Part shown: positions 27,051-35,267 of the stretch, in pieces | Numbering within the stretch: position 1 is the first letter of the stretch | Layout of the letters: each line of letters starts with the position of its first letter | Assembly: GCA_016211945.1 (NCBI GenBank) | Contig: JACRHV010000006.1 | Span: 1-44,722 of the forward strand | Direction of reading: 5' to 3' | DNA from: Minisyncoccota bacterium | GTDB lineage: Bacteria > Patescibacteriota > Microgenomatia > UBA1400 > UBA12028 | DNA length: 44,722 bases | Notes under the pieces: model-generated | What the model was told of the DNA's origin: nothing | The model's input: only the letters and a program-made list of their open reading frames with translations | Databases searched by the model: none | Translations under genes and position numbers: made by a program

Positions 27051-29135
27051 CTATATACTACATTTGCTATACGCACAACTCGGACACACAAAACACCCCT
27101 CCTGAATAACAAGCGTGGTACTACATTCGGGACATGCCTCATCACCAGGCCTCACTTTTATTAGCGGCGCGCCAACAAACGCCTCGTTGTTAAATGTCTT
27201 TCCATCTTCTTCTCGTTTGCGTTTTGTATCACCGGTCTCCAACACAACCTTGCTTCTGCTTCCCGTAACATACACCGTCATTCCTTTTAATCCTAATTTC
27301 CATCCTTTGAAGTATGCTTTCCAGACTTCGTCTTCTGTTGCTTCTGCTGGAAAATTAATTGTTTTGGAAATGGCATTGTCGACAAACCGTTGCAGTGCCG
27401 CCTCCATCTCAACGTGTTCGCTCACAGGAATGTCACCCGATACAACAAACACTTCACGAATCTCTTTTGGCACATCGTCAAGATCTTGGCATGTTCCGTG
27501 TTGTCTGATCTCCTCAAAAATGGTTTCAATGCGTTTTTCGTCGAGCTTTGCGCGTTCAAGTGATTCTTTAAATAAACGACTCTCATAATACAACTCACGA
27601 AAATCTTGGCCGAGTTTTTCTGCTCCTTCATGTGTTCGCATCACGTAACTCAACGCAAAGACTGGTTCACATCCGTATCCCTCCAAACCAGAAATCGTGG
27701 CAATTGCTCCAGTAGGCTGAATGGTGTTTTGACAGCTGTGACGCACTCCATGTGTTTTGATATTTTTTTCGAGTAACTCCCAGTCTAATTTTGGCATTCC
27801 AACGTGGTGTTTGTAGTCGTGTAATGGTTTTGGACGACTCCAAACTTTGATTCCTTTTACCTTGAGTGTTGCAATATTCTGTTCAGAATAGTCATACCGA
27901 CTTCCTTTTATTCCTGGAAATGCGCCGCGTTCTTGTGCAAGCGCGTTTGATGCGCGTAGTGTGTGGAAACGAATATATTCCATGATTTGGCCGGCAAAAT
28001 CGATGCCTTTTTCGCTCCCATATCGGACTCCAACAGCGTAAAGCATGTCTGCTAATCCCATAATAGAAATACCAATACGTCTATTGCGTTTTGCAGCCTC
28101 TTCCAACTCCGGAACCGCAGAAACATATTTATTCGCATCAACGACATCATCGAGCCAACGCACGGTATACTCGACAGTTTCCGCTAATTTTCCCCAGTCA
28201 ACGCTGTACGGGAACATACCTTTTTTCTTCTCGTCAAGTTTTACGTGTTCCGCAAGATTGATTGAGGCCATACAACAGTTTTCGTACGGAAGGAGGAATT
28301 GTTCTCCGCAAGGATTTGTCGCTTCAAGATCTCCTTGTGATGGGGTTGGATTTTCTCGATTTGCCTCATCCAAAAACAACACCCCTGGCTCCCCATTGTG
28401 ATGCGCAAAATGAACAATGTCATGGAACAACTCCCGCGCCTTAACACGCTCCCACACTTCCCCATTCCGTGGATTTATTAACGGAAAATCAGTATCTTTT
28501 TCCACCGCCTCCATAAACGCATCGGTAATACCAACAGAAATATTAAAATGCTCGATGACACCCTCCCGCTCCTTACAATGAATAAATTCACGAATATCTG
28601 GATGGTGGACAGGGAGAACTGCCATACAGGCCGACCTACGTCCCCCACCCTGACCAATGACCCAAAACGCTGTGTCATAGACCTTCAAGAAGGACACCGC
28701 TCCCGTTGCCTTTCCTTTTGATGAACCAATAGAGTCTCCTTTGGGTCGAATACGCCCAAAGCTAAATCCAACACCCCCACCCGATTGCAGTACGAGCACG
28801 GCATCACGTAGTGTTGTAAATATCCCATCCTGCGTACGACCCATATCATCGCTGATAGGAAGAACAAAACAGTTCGCGAGCTGCCCCCATCCCGTTCCTG
28901 CATTTGCTAAAGTTCGTCCGTTTGGCATAAATCGAAAATCTTGTAAAAGATCTAAAAATTTCTTCTCGATTTCCTGAGGTGTTGAACCATCTCTGTAGTT
29001 ATGCTCTGCCTGTGCAACAACTCGCGCAGTGCGAGACAAAATATCTTTCACTGTCTCTTTTGGATTGCCATCATCATCGCGAAGCGCATAGCGGTTAATC
29101 ATGACTTCTTGTGCGTTCGGCGTTAATTTTTTCAT
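27051..29135 (-). CDS. nrdJ: Class II ribonucleotide reductase, paralogue 1, without ATP cone
   Basis: [42 protein letters not shown]; C-terminal CPEC..GC..CPSC.YSKC. Confidence 0.9.
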   Translation of the reverse strand: MKKLTPNAQEVMINRYALRDDDGNPKETVKDILSRTARVVAQAEHNYRDGSTPQEIEKKFLDLLQDFRFMPNGRTLANAGTGWGQLANCFVLPISDDMGRTQDGIFTTLRDAVLVLQSGGGVGFSFGRIRPKGDSIGSSKGKATGAVSFLKVYDTAFWVIGQGGGRRSACMAVLPVHHPDIREFIHCKEREGVIEHFNISVGITDAFMEAVEKDTDFPLINPRNGEVWERVKARELFHDIVHFAHHNGEPGVLFLDEANRENPTPSQGDLEATNPCGEQFLLPYENCCMASINLAEHVKLDEKKKGMFPYSVDWGKLAETVEYTVRWLDDVVDANKYVSAVPELEEAAKRNRRIGISIMGLADMLYAVGVRYGSEKGIDFAGQIMEYIRFHTLRASNALAQERGAFPGIKGSRYDYSEQNIATLKVKGIKVWSRPKPLHDYKHHVGMPKLDWELLEKNIKTHGVRHSCQNTIQPTGAIATISGLEGYGCEPVFALSYVMRTHEGAEKLGQDFRELYYESRLFKESLERAKLDEKRIETIFEEIRQHGTCQDLDDVPKEIREVFVVSGDIPVSEHVEMEAALQRFVDNAISKTINFPAEATEDEVWKAYFKGWKLGLKGMTVYVTGSRSKVVLETGDTKRKREEDGKTFNNEAFVGAPLIKVRPGDEACPECSTTLVIQEGCFVCPSCAYSKCSI

Positions 29136-29137
29136 GC

Positions 29138-29611
29138 TTAGCGGCCTTTCTCTCTCTCCATCTCACTTTTTACTTTTCGAATTTCGCTCTCAAAGTCCTC
29201 AAGTGTTTGAAAATCTCTGTACACACTTGCGAATAGAAGATACGAAACGGGATCTACCTTACGTAATCGATTCATCACGAGCTTTCCAATCTCCCAACTT
29301 TTAATTTCATTCGTATGTTTAATACGGAGTTTCCGTTCTATTTCCTCGATAAGCGCCTCAATGTCCTCGACTGAAATAGGCCGTTTCCATGTTGCCTTCA
29401 TCACACCCTTTTTTACTTTTTCTCGATCAAAAGGTTCTCGTTCCCCATTTTTCTTCACCACTGTGAGATCGACTCCCTCAACACGCTCGTAGGTGGTAAA
29501 TCTCTTTTCGCATTTCTCACATTGGCGGCGGCGGCGCATCGTCGCTTGATCCGGCACAATACGACTTTCAAGAACGATAGAGTCATCGTGTGAACAATAT
29601 GGACATTGCAT
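29138..29611 (-). CDS. nrdR: Transcriptional repressor NrdR
   Basis: MQCPYC...RRRRQCEKCEKRFTTYE Zn ribbon, ATP cone VVKKNG, YLLFASVYRDF. Start ATG 29611 with a GGAGG RBS. Confidence 0.97.
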   Translation of the reverse strand: MQCPYCSHDDSIVLESRIVPDQATMRRRRQCEKCEKRFTTYERVEGVDLTVVKKNGEREPFDREKVKKGVMKATWKRPISVEDIEALIEEIERKLRIKHTNEIKSWEIGKLVMNRLRKVDPVSYLLFASVYRDFQTLEDFESEIRKVKSEMEREKGR

Positions 29612-29646
29612 ATCTCGTGTATTCCTCCAAAACATCTCGCAATAAA

Positions 29647-29694
29647 TCACTAGATATAGTGTGCGAATATTCAGTGAAACACTACCACTAGTGT
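29647..29694. promoter_or_regulatory. Tandem NrdR boxes
   Basis: TCACTAGATATAGTGT (29647-62) and ACACTACCACTAGTGT (29679-94) match the acaCwAtATaTwGtgt consensus; starts are 32 bp apart, the canonical spacing. Confidence 0.88.
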
Positions 29695-29804
29695 TCGTCA
29701 ACTGTTCAGAAACGATCAAACTCGATCATTATGTACAATCCAGATTCAAATATATTCCAGCAGTTTTTGAGGAGATAACCGAACACGTTTTATATGCAAG
29801 AATA

Positions 29805-30398
29805 TCAAAAAGAGGCCCGTACAAAGCCATAAAGTGTTTGTTGTAATGCGAGATTGTAGCTTATCAGTTTATCAAGCTCCGTTTTCTGCGTATCGGAAAG
29901 TGCATCATGAATCTCGCGCATATACTGCTCGTGGATGGTGAGGGCGGTAAACAACTGATTAATTTGATGTTGATCAATAGTTTGTTCTGGATGATATTTC
30001 AATAGTGTTTCAACAGCCAATCCAAGATATACCTCCGCTTTTGCGAGCGTCGTAATCCCCAAGGATACCTCGTCGTATCGTATGAGTTCCTGCGCAGCTA
30101 GAAGCCTTGAACGCGCATACTCGACAAGGAGGAGATACCGTTCCTGTGGACGATGTTCTGTGATAAAACGGATACGATCTCTCGCCATGTAAAACAGATA
30201 GAGCGGATTGCCCGGAATTATTTTCCCTCCAAGTAATTTTGCTAAAGGACGGGTGGCATAAAGATCGGAAGGCTGTTTTGTTAACGAGTCCGAGGATCGG
30301 AGAGAAAGAAAGAGAATAATGCATGCAAAAAGGCCGACAAAAAGAGAGAGTATAAGATACCTCCATGTTAAGGGAGGATGTACGTTACGGTGTGCCAT
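29805..30398 (-). CDS. DUF5667-like helical membrane-anchored protein
   Basis: N-terminal TM; IIPGNPLYLFYMARDRI...YARSRLLAA motif. Confidence 0.6.
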   Translation of the reverse strand: MAHRNVHPPLTWRYLILSLFVGLFACIILFLSLRSSDSLTKQPSDLYATRPLAKLLGGKIIPGNPLYLFYMARDRIRFITEHRPQERYLLLVEYARSRLLAAQELIRYDEVSLGITTLAKAEVYLGLAVETLLKYHPEQTIDQHQINQLFTALTIHEQYMREIHDALSDTQKTELDKLISYNLALQQTLYGFVRASF

Positions 30399-31068
30399 AA
30401 ATCATGAGTACCATCCCCCACAATGCGTGGGAGATCACAATCGAATACAAACTCTTGGTTCGTAAAAACAGTATCGCTTGTCCCGCGGCAAAGATCCCCA
30501 AAAGCGTGAGCTGCGCTACAGCAACGGAACCAAAACCCTCAAGCATAAAACGGAGCGGGGCGTGGAACGCGACAAACACAATACATGCGGCGACAACCGC
30601 AAATACTTCTGGTAGTTTGTATTCATCCTTCATCGCATTCATGATGTATCCGAAAAAGAACACGCTTTCCCACCAACCCGTCATCATCGCCAAGAAAAAC
30701 GTGTACCAAAACTGTGATGATGCAAACAACATTCCAGGCTCAACGTGTGTTCCAGAAGACAAGGAACGAAATGCCCCCACAAATCCATAAATACCTCCAA
30801 CGAGCAGTCCCATGTACATGCCGCACCAAAACCGATCCGGGGACAACCCAAGTTTTTCCCTCACACGAAGCGCGTTCCGTGCGTAAAGAAGTGATGGGAG
30901 ACCAAACACGATTCCCTTTGCAAAAATCTCGTCAAACCAATCTGGAAATACAAACAATGAACGATACAACGCCCAGAGAACAAAAAGGCCAATTATCTGA
31001 AAAAACACCGGAATATGTTTTGGTGTAGACACTTTCTTACGAGCCGAGCGCACGAAGGACTGTTTCAA
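30385..31068 (-). CDS. CPBP/Abi (CAAX protease-like) intramembrane protein with degenerate motifs
   Basis: Multiple TMs; ESVFFFG, FVAFH and SHALW align to EExxxR, FxxxH and HxxxN. Start uncertain. Confidence 0.7.
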   Translation of the reverse strand: MKQSFVRSARKKVSTPKHIPVFFQIIGLFVLWALYRSLFVFPDWFDEIFAKGIVFGLPSLLYARNALRVREKLGLSPDRFWCGMYMGLLVGGIYGFVGAFRSLSSGTHVEPGMLFASSQFWYTFFLAMMTGWWESVFFFGYIMNAMKDEYKLPEVFAVVAACIVFVAFHAPLRFMLEGFGSVAVAQLTLLGIFAAGQAILFLRTKSLYSIVISHALWGMVLMIYGTP

Positions 31069-31648
31069 GTGTTTCCTCTCGCGAGTTTGAGTATGTATCG
31101 ATAACTACATCGTAGAGGGATGGGAGCCAAAAATCAATTGCGTCGTTTTTCTTGACTTTACCTGGCTGAACAACCCACTCATTCCATTCTTTTGCATATA
31201 CCCGAGACCACTTCTCAACATTTTTTTTCTTCCTCTCTAAGATGTGCTGTTTTGCTTCTAGAATGCTGATGTCGTCTCTGTTCACGATACGGTCGATACG
31301 AACCGCATCATCTTTGCACACAAGGAGTACCTTCAACACTCCGGGTACTCCCTGCGCCATAAAGCCGGAAAGCCACGATTCCAATATCCATTTCTCTTCA
31401 TGTTCTAACCTTGATCGCATACCGTAGTCCACCTCACGATCAAACTCCTCACCGTACACCGTAGCATCGTGGTGAAATTTGTTTGTTTTTGCATCAAAAA
31501 GGCCTTTGTCTGCCGCATACATCCGCATGAACTCACCGCCAGAAAACCCCTTCCATCCCTTCGATTCCAACGTATCCTTGAGTAATTTTAGGAGCGTTGT
31601 TGATCCGTTTCCAGGAAGTCCTGATATGGTGATGTTGCGGTACTGCAT
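31037..31648 (-). CDS. Archaeal-type cytidylate kinase family protein
   Basis: ITISGLPGNGSTT, SGGEFMR, DREVD, ILESWLSG, RIVNRD, YDVVIDT. Confidence 0.78.
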   Translation of the reverse strand: MQYRNITISGLPGNGSTTLLKLLKDTLESKGWKGFSGGEFMRMYAADKGLFDAKTNKFHHDATVYGEEFDREVDYGMRSRLEHEEKWILESWLSGFMAQGVPGVLKVLLVCKDDAVRIDRIVNRDDISILEAKQHILERKKKNVEKWSRVYAKEWNEWVVQPGKVKKNDAIDFWLPSLYDVVIDTYSNSREETLETVLRALGS

Positions 31649-31664
31649 AGATCGATCCTTTCTT

Positions 31665-31683
31665 GGTAGAATAGCATTCTACC
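31665..31683. promoter_or_regulatory. Inverted repeat carrying TAGAAT on both strands; candidate bidirectional promoter
   Basis: GGTAGAAT-AGC-ATTCTACC in the 36-bp gap between divergent genes. Confidence 0.55.
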
Positions 31684-31684
31684 T

Positions 31685-33985
31685 ATGTATCTTTCACGTC
31701 GCAATACTTTCATCCGCCTTCTCTCTATGGTACGCCATCGTAAACGTCTTGTACTTGGAGTCGTAAGTGGATGCACCATCATCTTCTTTCTTTTTCTTCT
31801 ACTCAAGGATATTCCATCGCCGACAAAATTAAAACGCGCGCAAGATTTTGCAATTAGCACAAAAATCTTTGATCGCAATGGATTGCTGCTGTATGAAATT
31901 TACTCGGATAAAAATCGAACTCCTGTGGCACTCAATGATCTCCCCCCATACGTTTATCAAGCATCCATTGCGATAGAGGATCAGCGCTTTTATCAACATT
32001 TTGGATTCGATGCATCCGGTATTATTCGGGCACTAAAAAATATGGTGTTTCGACAACAAATACAGGGGGGTTCAACGATAACACAACAGTTGATAAAAAC
32101 AGCGTTGTTAACAAGAGAGAAAACATTGATAAGAAAAATGAAAGAGGCGATTCTCACAATAGCAGCAGAGATTATGTACTCGAAAAACGAAATTCTTGAG
32201 ATGTATCTCAATCACATTCCATACGGCGGAACTTCTTGGGGGGTTGAGGCAGCAGCAGAGACATTTTTTAACAAACACGCAAAAGAGTTAGATATCGCGG
32301 AGGCGGCGTTTCTCGCCGGATTGCCGCAGTCTCCTTCCAGATACTCTCCTTTTGGCATAAATCCGGACCTAGCAAAAAACAGACAAAAGGATGTGCTTCG
32401 CCGTATGGCGGAAGATAAGTACATTACAAAAGAACAAGCGCTAAAAGCGGAACAAGAAACTTTGCATTTTGCGCAATCAAAAACGCAGATTGCCGCACCG
32501 CATTTTGTGTTTCATGTTCGCGATATTTTGGAAGAGAAATATGGACAAGCACTCGTAGAAAGTGGCGGGTTGCGTGTATACACCACACTTGATTTAAAAC
32601 TGCAGAATGACGCTCAGGCCTCTCTGTCTTCTGAGATAAACACCCTGAAACGGTATCGTGTGGGAAATGGAGCAGCACTTATCACAAAACCAAGTACCGG
32701 TGAGATATTGGCGATGATTGGATCGAGAAATTTCTTTGACGCAACGCACGACGGTCAAGTGAATGTTGTACTTCGCCAAAGACAGCCAGGAAGTTCGATA
32801 AAACCCATCAACATCGTCACAGCGTTACAACTAAAAAAAATCACACCGGCAACAATGTTGTTGGATATTCCGACGTGTTTTCAAGTCGGCGGTCAAAAAG
32901 CGTACTGCCCTAAAAATTATGACGGAACATTCCATGGTCCAGTTCAAACACGCTTTTTCCTGGGAAATTCATACAACATTCCGGAAATCAAGGTTATCGG
33001 GCTCAATACCGTTGAAAACTTCATTGCAACGGCTTCTGCAATGGGGATCACTACCTGGAAAGACACATCACAGTATGGTCTATCGTTGACGTTGGGTGGC
33101 GGTGAAGTAACGATGTATGACATGGCAACGGCATTTGGAACACTCGCAAATCAGGGGGTAAAGGTTCCGCTTCAGTCAATTCTTCGGATAGAGGATTACA
33201 AAGGAAAAATATTGGAAGAATATGCACCAGACCAAACAAAAAAAACTGTAGAAAAAATGACAAAAGATCAGGACATTCCCGAGCTTGAAGGAATTCATCG
33301 CGTGTTGAATAGAGAACCATCGTATCTCGTTTCACACATGCTTCTCGATAACAGTGCGCGTGTCGGGGCGTTTGGTCCGAATTCAAAGCTCGTGATACCA
33401 AATCAAGTGGTAAGCGCAAAAACTGGAACAACAAATGATCTCAGGGACAACTGGACGATCGGATACACCCCGGAGTACTTGACCGCAGTGTGGGTGGGCA
33501 ATAACGACAATACACCGATGAATCAAGCGCTTGTTTCTGGTGTTACCGGCGCCGCACCAATTTGGCATGACATTATGTCGCGTGTGCTCAAAGGTCAAAA
33601 ATCATTATGGCCGGAAAAACCGTCGGGTGTGATTGATAAGGAAGTCTGTGCTCTATCAGGCCTTCTTCCAAACCCGGAGGCTCCATGTCAAACGAGAGTT
33701 GAATACTTTTGGGAAGGGACAGAGCCCATAGACCTTGATCCCCTCCCACGCGACACGTGGATTGTATCGACAACTGGACTTCCACCAAAAGAAGGAGATT
33801 CTATTGACGGCCTTCAGTTACAGAAAAAACTTCTTCTTTCCGATCCATTTACGCGTGATTTTTGTGTTGACTGTGTTCGGCCAATTGATGAAAAAGGTCA
33901 TGTTGTGTACGAACAGCATGATGTCGATATGCAGCAGTTCTATGCACACTATGATGAACGACCAACACCAAGAACAACTCAATAG
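31685..33985 (+). CDS. Class A penicillin-binding protein (PBP1A-like), copy 1
   Basis: Transglycosylase motifs EDQRFYQH, QGGSTITQQL, RKMKE; transpeptidase SSIK, SYN, KTG. Confidence 0.93.
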   Translation: MYLSRRNTFIRLLSMVRHRKRLVLGVVSGCTIIFFLFLLLKDIPSPTKLKRAQDFAISTKIFDRNGLLLYEIYSDKNRTPVALNDLPPYVYQASIAIEDQRFYQHFGFDASGIIRALKNMVFRQQIQGGSTITQQLIKTALLTREKTLIRKMKEAILTIAAEIMYSKNEILEMYLNHIPYGGTSWGVEAAAETFFNKHAKELDIAEAAFLAGLPQSPSRYSPFGINPDLAKNRQKDVLRRMAEDKYITKEQALKAEQETLHFAQSKTQIAAPHFVFHVRDILEEKYGQALVESGGLRVYTTLDLKLQNDAQASLSSEINTLKRYRVGNGAALITKPSTGEILAMIGSRNFFDATHDGQVNVVLRQRQPGSSIKPINIVTALQLKKITPATMLLDIPTCFQVGGQKAYCPKNYDGTFHGPVQTRFFLGNSYNIPEIKVIGLNTVENFIATASAMGITTWKDTSQYGLSLTLGGGEVTMYDMATAFGTLANQGVKVPLQSILRIEDYKGKILEEYAPDQTKKTVEKMTKDQDIPELEGIHRVLNREPSYLVSHMLLDNSARVGAFGPNSKLVIPNQVVSAKTGTTNDLRDNWTIGYTPEYLTAVWVGNNDNTPMNQALVSGVTGAAPIWHDIMSRVLKGQKSLWPEKPSGVIDKEVCALSGLLPNPEAPCQTRVEYFWEGTEPIDLDPLPRDTWIVSTTGLPPKEGDSIDGLQLQKKLLLSDPFTRDFCVDCVRPIDEKGHVVYEQHDVDMQQFYAHYDERPTPRTTQ

Positions 33986-35210
33986 CATTGCCCGTCATAA
34001 TGGAAGTGTACTCAAAAAATTTATGACACTTCTCCTTTTGGGATTCGGGGCCGCTTGTTTTGTTTTTGGAATAAAATTCGTCAATGAATATGACAAACCA
34101 ATCCTCCTTTCTCCGATAGACTTCAATACTTTTGTATCGCCAACAGCAGGTACTTCGTCTGCTAGAGTTCAACCACAGTCCGTGCAACAAAAAGTAATCT
34201 ATGGATTTCTCCCCTACTGGACAATAAAAAATGCAACATTCGATTCATCATTGACACACATTGGGTATTTTTCATTACCAATAGATAAGAATGGCAATTT
34301 TGTTACATCAACGGATGATGCCGCAACAGGATGGAAAACGTTCCGCACAGATGCTGTTGAACGAGTGCGACAAGAAACAACAAAAAACAATCAGAAATTT
34401 GAAGTTCTTATTACCATGATGGATGCAGATGACATTGCGTCGTTTTTACATAATGCAAAAGCACAGGATACTTTTATAAAAAACGTGAAGATGTTCATCA
34501 AAAGTCAACCAGTTGATGGCATTAATCTTGACATAGAGTATGCGGGTGAAGTTGATGACAAACTTCGTAACGAATACACCACATTTATCTCAAAATTCTC
34601 CAAAAGTATGCGCGCGTCTTTTCCGTCACTTCATATTTCACTCGATATCTTTGCAGACAGTGCGCTGAAATATCGCATCTGGAATTTACCACAGCTCGCG
34701 CCTTTCGTTGACCATATTGTCGTGATGACCTACGATTTTTTCCGTAGTTCCTCTTCACAATCCGGTCCCGTTGCTCCTCTTTTTGGAAGTGAAAAAAACA
34801 GATGGGATGTGGATATTGTAAAGACACTCAAGCCGATGCTTGATCAGGTTCCGTCAGAGAAAATTTTACTAGGTATCCCCTTCTACGGATATGAGTGGCA
34901 AACCGTTGGTTCGGCGCCGGGATCAAACACCTTCCCCCAAACGGGTGGTCTTGCAACATACAAGCGCGTAAAAAAATTACTCGAGGAAAAAAACATAAAA
35001 GAGCAATGGGATGCTGATGCCTTTTCACCGTATCTTACCTATATAGACAAGGGAAAAATTCAAACCATTTTTTATGAAAATGCGCTTTCTCTCTCGTATA
35101 AACTAGACCTCGTTCGCGAGACAAACATGGGTGGAATTGCTATTTGGGCGCTCGGGTATGAAGGAAGCGGACCCGAACTTTGGCATGTCATCCGACAAAA
35201 ATTGCGATAA
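33951..35210 (+). CDS. Membrane-anchored glycoside hydrolase family 18 protein
   Basis: GFLPYW, DGINLDIEY, VMTYDF, GPVAP, KILLGIPFYG, GGIAIWALG. Likely start ATG 33951. Confidence 0.87.
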   Translation: MMNDQHQEQLNSIARHNGSVLKKFMTLLLLGFGAACFVFGIKFVNEYDKPILLSPIDFNTFVSPTAGTSSARVQPQSVQQKVIYGFLPYWTIKNATFDSSLTHIGYFSLPIDKNGNFVTSTDDAATGWKTFRTDAVERVRQETTKNNQKFEVLITMMDADDIASFLHNAKAQDTFIKNVKMFIKSQPVDGINLDIEYAGEVDDKLRNEYTTFISKFSKSMRASFPSLHISLDIFADSALKYRIWNLPQLAPFVDHIVVMTYDFFRSSSSQSGPVAPLFGSEKNRWDVDIVKTLKPMLDQVPSEKILLGIPFYGYEWQTVGSAPGSNTFPQTGGLATYKRVKKLLEEKNIKEQWDADAFSPYLTYIDKGKIQTIFYENALSLSYKLDLVRETNMGGIAIWALGYEGSGPELWHVIRQKLR

Positions 35211-35267
35211 ACCAAGAACTTTGATAGTGCAATCAAATGAATTCTCTGTTGTTTAGTCTGGAACTTC

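Noticed and set aside
19433-29135. The three nrdJ genes as an assembly duplication, split gene or pseudogenes
   Set aside because: Each is full length with its own catalytic motifs and C-terminal Cys cluster, and the sequences differ throughout.
19433-29135. Class I (NrdA) or class III assignment
   Set aside because: No YY radical-transfer pair, no R2 or activase gene, and no glycyl-radical motif; a B12 adenosyltransferase is nearby.
29612-29719. N-terminal extension of NrdR in the ORF track
   Set aside because: The region holds the RBS and NrdR boxes, and NrdR begins MxCPxC. Similar extensions of lepA, murJ, maf, MazG-like, GH18 and cmk were trimmed for overlap or motif reasons.
29720-29804. 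Cobalamin riboswitch upstream of the nrd operon
   Set aside because: The gap is too short and AT-rich, and I found no B12-box-like sequence; an Infernal search would be decisive.
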